A stretch of DNA of 64,000 nt from the human T2T-CHM13v2.0 reference genome, Homo sapiens, in assembly GCF_009914755.1 (NCBI RefSeq), contig NC_060935.1, one strand, 5' to 3'. The translations under genes and the position numbers were made by a program. Of this stretch, positions 32,101-47,900 are shown in pieces; positions within the stretch are counted from its first letter, which is position 1; each line of letters begins with the position of its first letter. The notes below the pieces were generated by a model. That model was not told the DNA's origin. It did not search any database and saw nothing but the letters and a program-made list of their open reading frames with translations.

Positions 32101-33000
32101 CTGTTTCCTCAACTCAGGGAAAACCCCTCATACTTCGATCAGCTTCCCTATATCTGCACTCATGGGCCATAAATTGTCTATAGGCTAAAATTGGAAGCTA
32201 TTGTAGGATTCACCTATTTTCCTTCTGTCAGGGATCACAACCCTTTACTGAATTTGTCCAGTGTCCAAACACTTTTATTTTATGTATATTTGGCCAGCTT
32301 TCTAATTGTTCCCGGTTAGAGAGTACATCCATGTTCTTTTACTCCCTCTTGACTGTAAGCAAAACCTACAGTATTAAATAATAATCAGAATCTGTCATTG
32401 ATGTTTCTCCATACATATTTGGGGGGGATGCTGTGTACCATTTTAATCTGATGATTTTGATTTACAGATTTTATTATTTCAAGGATTTTTTTCTGGATTC
32501 TATTTCTAAACAATTTTTGGGGGCATTCTATTTGTTGGGTTCACTATTTTTGGGACATCAAATATCCTCAATGTGAGATTTTCTTTCTCTGATTTCTATG
32601 TCTATTTTTTACCCCATTTGTTTTACTCTTTTTTCTATTAATTTATGATTATTGGATTAAACCTTCCAACTGTTTTTATTTAAGTATTGCTTTATATATC
32701 CTGTTCAGGTAATTTCTAGTTTATAGACAATGTTATTTTGACTTGTTTTTATTTCCTTAAGTTTGCAATTTCTATTTTTCTTTCAATTCTGTTACTTTGT
32801 TTTCCATTTAGACTTTAAGCTCTTGATTTACTGATTTCATATTTACTAAGTAGATCTATAAAGCTCAGAACTTGCAGGCAATTTGTTTCTATATTCTATG
32901 TTATGTTATTATCCGACTGGGTTATTTGACAGTTCTTGCTTACTTTCTGGATTATTTGCTTCCTGGGAATGAATTCTGTTTGATATCTCTCTCAATTTAT
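29185..33000 (-). mobile_element. Ancient L1M (L1MC/ME-like) fragments
   Basis: T-rich reverse-strand L1 3' UTR/ORF2 motifs, e.g. LDPTPYQNINLKRTIDLSIK in the ORF track. Boundaries approximate. Confidence 0.7.
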
Positions 33001-33899
33001 TTGAGAATTGTTTTTCTTTTCTGATTGGAGGTCTAGATATTTCTTTCCACTCACTTTTCTGAAGGCAGTTTATACCTTGGGTCTTGACCTAAATGTTAGT
33101 TACTTAGAGAGGCTTTCTCTTATTCTCTTATCTAAATTAGGATTCCACTGTTATTCTCCATCTCTGAACCCTGGTCTTTTCCTTTATAGCATTTATTACA
33201 ATGTGTGATTTTGATCACAATTTGAGAAAGAAAATTCCTTTTATCTTTGAGGTAATTTTTGCTCACACCCCAAAAGGTTTACCAGTGCCATCAAGGGTTG
33301 TTTTTTTTTTAGTTTTTAGCATTAGAAATTTCATCATAGTAACTTGCTATCTGGTGAATAAAAAAAATTACTGTGAAACTTTCAGAGAATTTTAAAGAAA
33401 AATAACTAGTTTATAAACAGCACAGATAATATAGCTTGCTTGGGGCATGAATAAATGTCTAAATGTCATTGGAAGATATTGATTTTCACAGCTAGTTTGT
33501 TTGATCCTTTCTATTAAAGTCCTTACCCAGTGCTAAATGATCAATACCACTTAAGAGTGTTCTCAGAACATCACAAAAAAAGATGATTAAAAGGACAAAA
33601 ATGTATGGATAAAACAAAAATCTGATGCTCTTTTTGGTCCTGTCTGAAAATGATATTTTACTCTATGCCCCAAATCTACCCCATGCACATTCTGAAAATT
33701 TCTGACTTCATCTTTTCAGACTTTTTATTCTCTCTCTCTCTCTCATATATAGATAGCTATATAACTACTTTTTATTTTGTGCACTGTCATTGGCACAACT
33801 TAACTGTGGCCAGACAAAACATGTGAGGAATTTACATGCTTGAAACCAAAACATTATTATATTTTTGTGATATATCTAGAGCCAACTGAAAGGAATTAG

Positions 33900-35291
<1,392 letters not shown>

Positions 35292-36676
35292 TACTAAGCT
35301 ATGCAGACTTGTAATAATCTCAGTTAGTTTAACTTTTGTAATCTGAAAAAGTAGACATAATTATATCAAATTTACAGAGTACTGTGAGAGTTAAATGAAA
35401 TAATAAATGCAAACATCCTAGCAATAAAAAAGGTCTCAATGAATGTTAAGTTTATTTTCAAGTGAAGACTCCAAGTTGAACTGACCTTTCTAAGAAAGAT
35501 GGTGTGAGGCCTGCCCCAGCTCCAATGAGAGAGGTTATAGAAGCCATACCTTGGGTTAGCAGCCCTGGGTAAGGTGTAGGGACAGGCCAAAAATTCCAGA
35601 GAAATGAAGAGACATATCTGGGTACTACTTAATTGGGGCAGGACCAGAACAGGAAACCAAACAATTTCCCACTTCTCCACATACAAAACATTTCCTATGT
35701 GTCTGGTGCAGTGTGTCAAAGCCATTTCAATCATATAATTTAATCCCATGAACAAACTAAAACAAAGGTTTTCCAATGAGATTTTCTCTGACCCACTACA
35801 TTCAAATTGCAAGTTCATCCCCATTTCCTGCTTAATTTTTCCATTATACACAACATCTGGCATTTCATATATTTTATTTTTTATTTGTCTGTTCCCCACT
35901 AGAATGTAGTAAGGTAGAAATCATGAGTTTTGTTTACCATACTATATTCACCACCTGCAATAGTGTTGGGCATGTAGTAGGTGTTTACTGAATTCAATGT
36001 ATCAATAAATATTTAAAAACTTAAAGGAAAAATATTTTAGGGGACAATGTTTATGAACCAAGTGAAAACTTGTGGGATGAATGCAAGAACAAAAATGTGG
36101 ACAAATAAGTGTTGAAGGGGCCTGTCTGAAGGGTACTAATTAATAAATCATTTTCATTCTGGAAAAATCTTTCCAGTGCTTTCAAAACTCTGCTTTGTGT
36201 TTTGTTCAGGCAGAGTTAATTAGTGCTCCATGAATAAAGGTTCCATAGTAAAATAAGCTTGAGAAATCTTTTTGGAAATTCATGACATTAAAAGACTGAA
36301 AGAAAAAACATAAATGAAAATATAATCTTAAATTTTGTTTAAGGGAAAGTGAATTTATTTGTGCAGAATACATTTTTCTTCACTTACTTTTAAACGTTTT
36401 CCATTGAATATTAGCTTATGAATTTCTGCTTTTTAGGCATACCTCAGTTCTATGTTCTTAGTGACATCTTGCTGAAAACAGTGCTCTGAATACGTGACAT
36501 GAGGCTAGAGAAAGTCATAACTGAAGGGACAGACTAAGTGAATGGCGGCTTGGAGCACCAACCTATAAAGAGGCTAAGACATCTCTAGGCTATTGGAAAT
36601 ATGCCACCAGTTCTGTTTTCCACTACTAGATGGAAAATGGTGAAATGCACATGGTTCTTACTTCTGCTGAAGGAGA

Positions 36677-36694
36677 TAGTGCCCTCTAGTGGAA
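36677..36694 (-). promoter_or_regulatory. CTCF consensus motif
   Basis: TAGTGCCCTCTAGTGGAA; reverse complement CCACTAGAGGGCACTA matches the CTCF core. Confidence 0.6.
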
Positions 36695-36732
36695 ATTAAA
36701 ACAAAAAGACCCTCCTTGCTGGCGTCAATTGC

Positions 36733-36930
36733 TAGAGCTGTGCTCCTCACTAACCACTACACGTGGCTATTTAAAATTTTAATTTCCTATGTTTTAAATT
36801 AAAATTTCTGTTTCTCAGCTAAGTTGTATTAGCCACACTTCCAGAGCTCAACAGCCACATGTGGCTAGCGGTTACTGTACTGGATAGCACAGAAATAGAA
36901 CATTCTCACCTTTGGACAAAGTTTGTACGG
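36733..36930 (-). mobile_element. MER3-type hAT MITE
   Basis: AGCCACATGTGGCTAGCGGTTACTGTACTGGATAGCACAG...TAGAACATT. Confidence 0.7.
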
Positions 36931-37598
36931 GGTGTACCACTAACCCCAAGCTAAGCAGCTGACATGCCTTAAGTCTGTTGTCATAGTCAACTAAAATTCC
37001 CAAACCATTAAAATGCCTGGTATTGTGCTTTTTACTAGGAATGAGTGATTCACTTTGTTGTTGAATTTTTCATTTCTTAAAAATACCTCTCAAGAAGTAA
37101 TTTCAGAAAAAAACCACAATTTCAAATATTTTAACTTTAAATAAACAAAAATGCTACATTAAACATAGCTTTTATAGCATAAAAAGGCATACTATTTTTT
37201 ATTTATGGAAAATTAGTTTTATTGTATCCCTACTAAATAATATTGAACAATTTTACAAAGAATTTTGGCTTAAAGCAGTGTCATATTTTTAGCTTATTTG
37301 TATTCTCTATCCTACCCTTTTCTAGGTGGGCTCTATCTTCCTCAACTTCAGTAAGGAATAATGAGAGTTACTAAAGTTTCAGGCTTGCGTTATTTCTGGA
37401 AATCCAAAATACTCACGAAAACTATTTGGAAGGCAAGTTTTGTCATAAACAATCCATGGCATTTATCCTGCATGAAAGCTGGGTAGTAGCACAAGAAAAC
37501 CAATAAAGATTCACAAACATTTGGCTTACTTATTCTGGTCATGTCCATATGTGTAAAAGAGGCAACTGGCAGGCATCATGCCCAAGAAATTCTCATCA

Positions 37599-37897
<299 letters not shown>

Positions 37898-38837
37898 TTA
37901 AAAGCCTCAGTCAGTATCCTCTGCACACACTTCCTTCAAAATCTATCTCATATATAACATTCTAAGTGCTAGAAAAATATTAAAAGTGTCTCTTTCTTTT
38001 TCTTATGTCATTGACTTGAATTGTCTTGCTGGCTGAGACATATTTTTGATGCTTATTAAGTTAAATTACCTCTTTCTACGGAGTCAATTCATTCTATCAT
38101 AAAACACAGCATGCAAAATATTACTGACAATGTATGACCTCATAATTATGTATTTTACATAGAATCTTTTACAAAATGCTTTTCTCTATATATTCATTAG
38201 CTTGACAATTTGTTGTTATTTTAATGTAATGTATTTCCTCTTGTCAGCACATTGGGAACTGGGGTTTCTTGATCAGGCCTTGGGAAAAGTGCATTTGAAT
38301 AGAAGCTTGAGAGATTAGTTGTCACTAACAAATTAAACATAAGACAAATAAGTGTAGCATCTTGCAATATGTACCCAAAAGCTAACTATACATATATATG
38401 GAAAGCCTGGGGGAGACATGGCTCAGTAGATACATTTGTGAAAAATATTTGGTGGTTTTAGTGATTCTTGGTTTTGAGATATGTTGGCAAAATGACAGTG
38501 TAGTGGATACTAATTGGGACAACTGTTTGACTATCCCTTCTCCTCTCTGAGAACAACAATAACACACAGGGTTAGGTCTCCATTGATCATGTCTGATCTA
38601 AATGACCTGCAGCGAACTTGCCCCGGTGGCGTGAAAAAGACTGGCCAGCCAACCTCTGTTCCCAAGATTTGTCACTCAGAACTAAGGAGAGAGAGTTTGT
38701 TAATGACATGTGAGATACGGCACCTGTCAGTCCTATATTTCCCAGCATGAGTGTCCTGGAAGGATTTATGCCTTTCAAGTTCTAGTCAAGTAACTGTCAG
38801 GTCAGTTTGCCCATTCTGTGCAGTAAAATAAGATGTA

Positions 38838-38964
38838 GCCATTTATGCCTAGTGATCCATTATTGGAACGCTAAGCTAGTGGGAGTCATTTATATCCTGC
38901 TGCTCAAGTTCATCACCAAGGTCTGATTTTTCACCAAAATATGGCAACTTCCAGCATAAATGGG
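38838..38964 (+). mobile_element. MER85-type piggyBac (PGBD3 family) MITE
   Basis: TIRs (G)CCATTTATGCC and GCATAAATGGG, right TTAA target at 38965-38968, internal palindrome GATCCATTATTGGAAC. Confidence 0.85.
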
Positions 38965-41900
38965 TTAAAATCTCAGTTATTGTCCTCTGTACAAACTTCT
39001 TCCAAAATTCTTTTCTTTACTCTTTATCCTTCAAAATCTCCTATATTTTCAGTGACTTTTTTTTTTTTGCCTAAGCTCATTTGAGTTGGCTTTCTATCAC
39101 TTGCAACCAAAGTTGAGAATACATATTGTTGTCAAAGGAACTAATGTAATCTTAGTTTACAATACTGTAAGTAGTTAAGACAAGATGAGTGATACCCATA
39201 TTTTATTTTAAACTGTTGCAATATAGTGATTCTGGATGTCAAATTTGATGGTGAAGAGATTCAAAGTTACATCATATAAAAAAGGAGTTTGAAAGAATTA
39301 GGAATTTAACTTAGAAAAGAGACTCCATTTGAATGATAGCCTGCTATGTGGCTATTAGATTTGTTTTATACTGATTTAAAGGAACTTGAAAATTATCTGA
39401 AGTCCAACATGCTTTCAATGCCTAAATCTCTTCTATTTACTGCCTAGTAGATAGCTGACTTATTCTTGATAAATCCAGTGATTTAAAAATAATTCCGCTA
39501 AGAGCTATTGAGTACCCACTGTGTGCTAACTACTGTACTAGAATGTGTTTTGGCAATGAGGAGAGATATTGTCTCTGACCTTGTGGCAACTATGGGTTCG
39601 CTAAGGAATTAACTACCACTTGACACATCTCATCTTTAGATAATTCAGAAAATTCTTCCTGGGACCAGTGGAAAAACATTATAGAAATACATGATCTATT
39701 TGAATAGTTTGAAAATGGCTAAATCTAAATGAGACCAGATATTTAGACAGAATTGGATAACATCCAGTCTTAGATTACATGAAAATAAGGGCACCTTTTG
39801 TACAAGTGGTTTCCAATATTGGGACTGCAGACCACAAGGAATCCAAGGAGTTACTTAAAAAGGTTTAGGAATCCACATGTGCTTTAGTAATAATTTTGGA
39901 TTAATAAGTAATATTGCTACCACTATTATGTAAGTGACCTTTGAAATTTTCATCCACTCATGCATTCATCATTCAATATGTAGAAGATCTATCAGGTTCT
40001 AGATATCGTTCTAAAAGCTGGAGGAAAAATCCAGAACAAAAACATTCGGAAAGACTGGGAGTCACCACTTTGTGCTCCTTGCAATACTCAGCATATTTAC
40101 TTTATGCTTTTATCAGAATGTCAGATGGCAAATCTATGATTCTGTTGGCTTTTGGGGAGTGGGCAGACTGGGCTTTTCATATGCAAAGTTGATAAACAAG
40201 TTGTTAGGATATAAATAGTACTCTGTAAGCCATATGATCCAGGATGACTCAAAAGTTTTAGGACTTTTATTTTGACCTATGGTAGTGGATAAAATATAAC
40301 TTGACCAAAACTACATTATTTTTCTATGTTCACACAAAAAGAGTTTCTTCTTTTCTTATGGCAGTTAATTTAATATGAAACAGGCCTGTTCAAAAATAAT
40401 GAGATGTCTGTTTCCATGGTAGCTTTACAAGAACTGTCCACAAAGCAGAAGATTTCAAAAGCTCCAGTAACCTGTCCTCAGAATTGTGTGGTTGTTAATA
40501 ATCTTGGGAGACCCTGCAGTCCTAGGGCATATGGTATCAGAAGTGAGAAAAGAAAACAATCAAGCTCTGTTCTTTGCCCCTTTCTTTGCACAGGGCTAAA
40601 AGGTGAGGGCAAGACTACAGAGACCCATTAGTCAAGATACATCTTAAAAAGAATTAGTTAAAACCAGTGAATTGTGCACTATCCCAGTGCTATCTGTTGT
40701 GGGACACATTTTTATTGCCTGTATTACAAAGAATAATACATAAGTGTTCACAAGAGCAGTGCCTTCTTCCAATATTACTGATAAAATCAATACTATCTAT
40801 GCATAGTCATGTTAAAATACAGAAAATCTTCTAGGTTATAAGCAGATAAAAAGGGACTCTACAGTATTAATATACTTAAAAGAAAGATATGTCAAAAGAA
40901 TGGAGTGTCGGCATGAAATATGGTAAACATGGTGTCAAAGAGGAATATTTTGGCAGCATTTATACAGTGTTGTCTAGAAAATGAAGAGAAACCAAATTGT
41001 TACTTATATCTCTGCTGTAGGACAGAGATTTTTTTAAAAATCAGGTTTTATTATGGCTTGAATGAAATCTCTCTGTGGTTTATACATTTCTGTGCTTGCC
41101 AAGTAATTATTAAAAATTCTTAAATTGCTTGTTGATTAACTAGCTGCCAGGAAGCAGACACAGTATACTATTCATTGTGGAGGTATACATTCCATTGTAT
41201 ATTAACATGTTTTCATGGAAGATCTGATCAGTGAATTTGGGTATAGAGTATGACTGATAGCCTAAATTAGTAAATTTGACTGTCTAGCTTATGTATGTAT
41301 CATTTATTGAGAATCTGAGATCCACCAGCTCATGTTCATGGATAAAATGAAGACTAGAAAAGGAGACTATAACATTGGACAATGATGTCATCTCATGAGA
41401 CTCTGTCTAAGCAATTAGTTATTTACCCTAGGTGAATTATTTTCCACCTACCTTCTGGTCCTCTGACCTATAAATCAGTCAGACATTGGAAATGTGGAAG
41501 ATTAGTCTCATTTGTTAGGTGCTTTACAAAGAACAAACAAACAAACAAAAAAACTGGAAAAAGATCTCTCTGTCCAGATATATGGTTTTATTTCCACCTC
41601 ACCTATGAACATCCAATTCCCAAATTGATATCTATATAGGCATAGATGATTTAATATAGTACACACTTTATTTGAAAAAATTGCATTTATACATTATAGA
41701 TGCCAATTAAAAATTCCCAGATTTCAAACACTTAAGTTGAATGATTCTTATGAATTTTTTTGTTGTTAATATTTTAAGTGGTTTGATAAGGAGAATTAGG
41801 AACAATGAGGACAAATGTTTTGAAGATCTTTTTCAGGCTTAACTCAGGTACAAATCTGGTTTAAGTTGTATTGATCATCACAGATTAGCTATAAACTAAA

Positions 41901-41982
41901 CTCTGGCTATGACTAAATATGTTGGATTGAATGACTTATAAGTACCTTTTAATTTTTAAAAGTTGATAAACAGGATGAGGAG

Positions 41983-42679
41983 TGTAACTGCCCAATAGGT
42001 TCACCTTGCTTGCTGCCTAGACAGAGCCGATTTATCAAGAAAGGGTAATTGCAATAGAGAAAGACTTACTCACACAGAGCCAGCTGTGCAGGATACAGAA
42101 GTTTTATTATTAATCAAATCAGTCTCCTGAAAAACTCGGGGACTAAAGTTTTTAAGGATAATTTGGTGGGTAGGGGCTCACGAAGTGGGGAGTGCTGATC
42201 GGTCAAGTTGGAGTGAGTTTTTCTTGCTGTCTTCTATTCCTGGGTAGGGTTGCAGAACTGTTTGAGCCAGATTACAGGTCTGGGCAGTGTCAGCTGTGCA
42301 TCAGAATGCAGGGTCTGCAAAATATCACAAACACTGATCTGAGGTTTTACAATAGTGATGTTATTGCCAGGAGCAATTTGGTAGGCTTAGAATCTTGCAG
42401 CCTCCAGCTGCAAAAGTCCTAAACCATAATTTCTAATGTTGTGGCTAATTTGTTAGTCCTGGAAAGGCAGTCTAGTTCCCAGGCAGGAAGCGGTTTGTTT
42501 CGGGAAAGGGCTGTTAATCATCTTTGTTTCAAAGCTAATTTATAATCTAAATTCCTCCCAAAGTTAGTCTGGCATATTCCTAGGACAGCCTGGAGGTTAA
42601 AGCAAGATGGAGTTGGTTAGGTCAGATCTCTTTCACTGTAATAATTTTCTCAGTTATGATTTTTGCGAAGGTGGTTTCA
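41983..42679 (-). repeat. 3' LTR (LTR8-like)
   Basis: TG...CA ends; lacks 22-bp and 11-bp segments present in the other LTR. Confidence 0.9.
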
Positions 42680-43599
42680 ATCCCTCCCTTTGGATTTATA
42701 ACACCTTATTCTTCAAGTGTGGGCTACGAAGTTGGGAAAAATGAAAACTGCTCTAACCTTTTCCTGCTGACAGGGGGATAGATGTTGACCCCAAGGTAAG
42801 AGGAGTGGAACTGCTTTGCAGCTGTTTGCACATACTCTTGGGTGCCTCATTAAGGTTTCAAAGCTTGCATGACAAGGGCGTTAGTATTCTCATCTATAGT
42901 TTTAGCAAAGAACAGTGAACTATAAGGTAAATAATGAGTCCCAGGATAAAGACTGAAAGCCTTAGCTTCAGAAGTTTTGGAGAATTGATCTTAAACTCTG
43001 GGGGATCCAGGTGAATAGCTTGGAGAACAAATTCGACATGGGGTTACTAACAGAGAGAGATTTGGGTCAGAGGTTGTTAGACAGATTGGGGTAGACAGGA
43101 CAGAGCGAATTTAAATGTACTGCCCCAAATCTTTTTTTGTCAGTTGCCTAGTCCTGAGACTAGATCAGTTCAGCTCAACAGCTATCTTATGTATCAGGAG
43201 GTTCATTGCAAATGGGCTAAGCCTCTTAAGTTATAGAGGAGGAAGGTGGTGGCAATCTGACACGTTTTTATTGCCTGTATTACAAAGAATAAGCTTCAGT
43301 TTTCAGGGCCTCAGGTAAAAGGTAGTAGCCATTTCATTGAGTCCAAGTCAGAAAAGTGAAACAAAAATCTGAGAGTGTTAGTTTGGGGACTTGCAGCCCA
43401 CAAAGAATTCAGGATTTAGTTCAAACTATAGAAAATAATAAAAATTCAAGAACAACTAACAACAGATATACTATAGTTTTTTGAAACACATTTTTTCTCT
43501 CTCCAGTCCCCACTTTTATTAAACACAAATCATAGTAGGACAAGTTTGCTTGCAAAATAAATCTTAGTTTTATTATGCTTGGCCTGATTATTTGCATAA

Positions 43600-43918
<319 letters not shown>

Positions 43919-44008
43919 TGACATCGAATACCTAGTTTAGTTGGGTAAATTCTTCTTGTCTTGAGGTCTCAGGATAACGTGGGGGCTCCTGGGTCTGTAA
44001 GAAAGTGA

Positions 44009-44370
<362 letters not shown>

Positions 44371-44981
44371 CCCAATGGGGTTTTATTGGCTCTACAAGTC
44401 AAGTTTGATTCCTAAGAAAAAAAAAAAAGCACACCATTCCAGTCAAATCTTTGGTAAAATAACTGGCATCTCCAATTGTGTTCTGTTACAAAAGAAAACA
44501 GATTCTTATTACACTTATGAAAATAACTATACTGCCATAAGTTGAGTATACTCACAAATAGTTTCTAAATTCTGGAGAAATCAGGTAAGAGAGAAAATGA
44601 TATGCTCTGAGCTTTGTTTACAAGAGTATACTTTACTCAATCGCTAAAAGTTGTAAATAGCTCAAAAGGAAAAAAGTTCTCTTAATTCTGAAAAATAAAA
44701 GGATTAGCAATGTTTAACATATCAGCTCTCCATGAGAGTCTTAGAAGTTTTTTTTCTCTATTCCAATAGCACAATTTCTAAAGTTATCAGAGACCTGTAT
44801 TCAAGAGTACCCATCAGAGTTTTCTATCAGATTATAAACCACCTTTTGAAAAGAATCAAAACAAGACAACAATTATCTGTGGGTGACAAAATTCTCAGGA
44901 CGACCATAGTTAAAAATGCAATTAAAAAAGAAATCTGGTCATCTCTGTGACACACAACAATTTAACATAAGAATTGTAATT

Positions 44982-47900
44982 GGGGGAGGGGCTATCAAAA
45001 TCTGATGGAGCCATTAGGGGGAGAGGTGGCAGTGGTATCCACGAATCACCATTCTCAGTCTTTTCTGCCTGTGGGCTCTGGAGACTCAGGACAGTCTGGA
45101 AGACAGTCTGGAAGAGGGAGATCCCCCCAAGCACAGCACACCTGCTCTGCCAAGGGGCAGCCAGACTACCTATTTAAGCAGGTCCCTGATCCCATTTCCC
45201 CTGACTGGGTGAGAACTCCCAACAGGGGTCTCCAGACACCTCATACAAAAGCCTCTAGTTGGCATCAGGTCAGTGCCCCTCTGGGACAGAGTTCCCAGAA
45301 GAAGGAGCAGGCAACCATCTTTGCTGTGTTGCAGCCTCCACTGGTGATACCACCAGGTACAGGAGGGACTCAAGTGAATAAAGTCTGGAGTGGAACCCCA
45401 GGAAACCACAGCAGCCCTATAGAAGAGAGGCCTAACTGCTAAAAGAAAAATAAACAGAAAGCAGCAACAACAACAACATCAATGTAAAAGGCCCCACAAA
45501 CTCACCAGCCAAAGCTCAGAAACTTTAAAGATTGAAGGTAGATAAACCCACAAAGTTGAGGAAGAATCAATGCAAAAACATGAAAACTCAAAAAGCCAGA
45601 GTGCTTCTTCTCCTCCAAATTATGTCAACACTTCTTCAGCAAGGGCACAGATCTGGGCTGAGGCTGAGATGGATGAATTGACAGAAGTAGGCTTCAGAAG
45701 TGGGCAAAAATGAACTTTGCTGAGCTAAAGAAGTATGTTCTAACTAATTTCAAAGAAGCTAAGAACCAAGATAAAACATTACAGGAGTTGTTCACCAGAA
45801 TAACCAGTTTAGAGAGAAACATAAATGACCTGATGGAGCTGGAAAACACAAGATGAGAACTTCACAATACAAACACAAGTATCAATAGCTGAATAGACCA
45901 AGCAAAAGAAAGAATATCAGAACTTGAAGATTATCCTGCTGAAATAAGGCAGGCAGACAAGATTAGAGAAAAAAGAAAGAGAAGGAGGAGCAAAACCTCT
46001 GAGAAATATGAGATTATGTAAAAAGATCGAACTTATGACTGATTGAGTTACCTGAAAGACATGGGGTGAACATAACCAAGTTGGAAAACACACTTCCATA
46101 TGACAGGAGGATATCATTTAGGATATGCCAGCAGGATATCATCCAGGAGAACTTCCCCAACCTATCAAGACAGGCCAACATTCAAATTCAGGAAAACCAG
46201 AGAACCCCAGTAAGATACTTTATGAGAAGATCAACCCCAAGACACATAATCATCAGATTCTCCAAGTTCAAAATGGTGAAAAATGTTAAGGGCAGCCAGA
46301 GAGACAGGCCAGGTCACCTACAAAGGGAAGCCCATCAAACTAACAGTGGACATTTCTGCAGAAACTCTACAACCCAAAATAGATTGGGGGCCAATATTCA
46401 AGATTCTTAACAAAGGAATTTCCAACCTGTAATTTCATATCTGGCCAAACTAAGCTTCATAAGCGAAGGAGAAATAAGATTTGCTTGTCCTTTTCAGACA
46501 AGCAAATGCTGAGAGAATTCATCACCACCAGGCCTGTCTTGCATGAGCTCCTGAAGGAAGCACTAAATATGGAAAGGAAAAACTGTTACCAGCTAGTACA
46601 AAAACACACTGGAGTACACAGACCAATGACACTATGAAGCAATTACATAAATAAGTCTGCAAAATAACCAGCAAACATCATGACAGGATGAAATTCACTC
46701 ATAGCAATACTTACCTTAAATGTACATAAGCTAAATACCCCAATTACAAGGCACAGAATGGCAAGCTGGATAAAGGGTCAAGACCCATTGGTGTGCTGTA
46801 TTCAAGAGACCCATCTCACATGCAAAGACACACATAGACTGAAAATAAAGGGATCTAGGAAAATTTACCAAGCAAATGGAAAGCAGAAAAAAGCAGGGGT
46901 TGCAATTCTAGTGATATGGTTTGGCTGTGTCTCCCCACCCAAATCTCGCCTTGAATTGTAATAATCCCTATGTGTCAAGGGCGGGACCAGGTGGAGATAA
47001 TTGAATCATGGAGGCAGTTTCTGCCATGCTGTTCTCATGATAGTGAGGGAATTCTCAGAAGATCTGATGGTTTTGAAAGGGGTTTTCCCCTTTGCTTGGT
47101 GCTCATACTCTCCTGCTTCCCTATGAAGAGGTGCCTTCCATCATGATTGTAAATTTCCTGACGCCTCCCCAGCCATGCTGGACTGTGAGTCAATTAAACC
47201 TTTTTCCTTTATAAGTTACCCAGTCTTGGGTATGTCTTTATTAGTGGTGTGAGAATGGTCTGATACAGCAAATTGCTACCAGGAGTGGGGCACTGCTGTA
47301 AAGATATGCAAAAATGTGAAAGTGACTTTGGAAGTGGGTAACAGGCAGAGGTTGTAACAGTTTAGAGGGTTCAGAAGAAGACAGGAAAATGTAGGAATGT
47401 TTGGAACTTCCTAGAGACTTGTTGAATGGTTTTGACCAAAATGCTGATAGTAATATGGATGGACAATGAATTCCAGCCTGAGCTGGTCTCAGATGGAGAT
47501 TAGGAACTTCTTGGGAACTGGAGCAAAGGTGACTCTTGCTATGCTTTAACAAAGAAACTGGTTACTTTTTGCCCCTGCCCTACAGAACTGTGATACTTTG
47601 GACTTGAGAGACATAATTTAGGGTATCTGGTGGAAGAAATGTCTATGCAGCAAAGCTTTCATGAGGTGACAGAGCATAAAAGTTTGGAAAATTTGCAACC
47701 TGATGATGCAGTAGAAAAGAAAAACCTATTTTCTGAGAAGAAATTCAAGCAGGATGCAGAAATTGGTGTAAGTATTGAGAAGCCAAATGCTAATTGCCAA
47801 AACAATGGAGGAAATGCCTCCAGGACATGTCAGACACCTTTATGGCAGCCCCTCCCATCACAGGCCCGGAGGCCTAGCAGAGAAACATGGTTCTCTGGGC

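Noticed and set aside
35372-35899. 175-aa minus-strand ORF
   Set aside because: Non-ATG start, overlaps MIR/L2-like sequence at both ends, no recognisable domain.
42690-43400. Possible env remnant in the provirus
   Set aside because: I could not read any convincing env motif or sustained frame by eye.
44965-44982. TSD for the L1 inside the ERV
   Set aside because: Flanks AAGAATTGTAAT and AAAAATTATGAC are only loosely similar, too degenerate to call.
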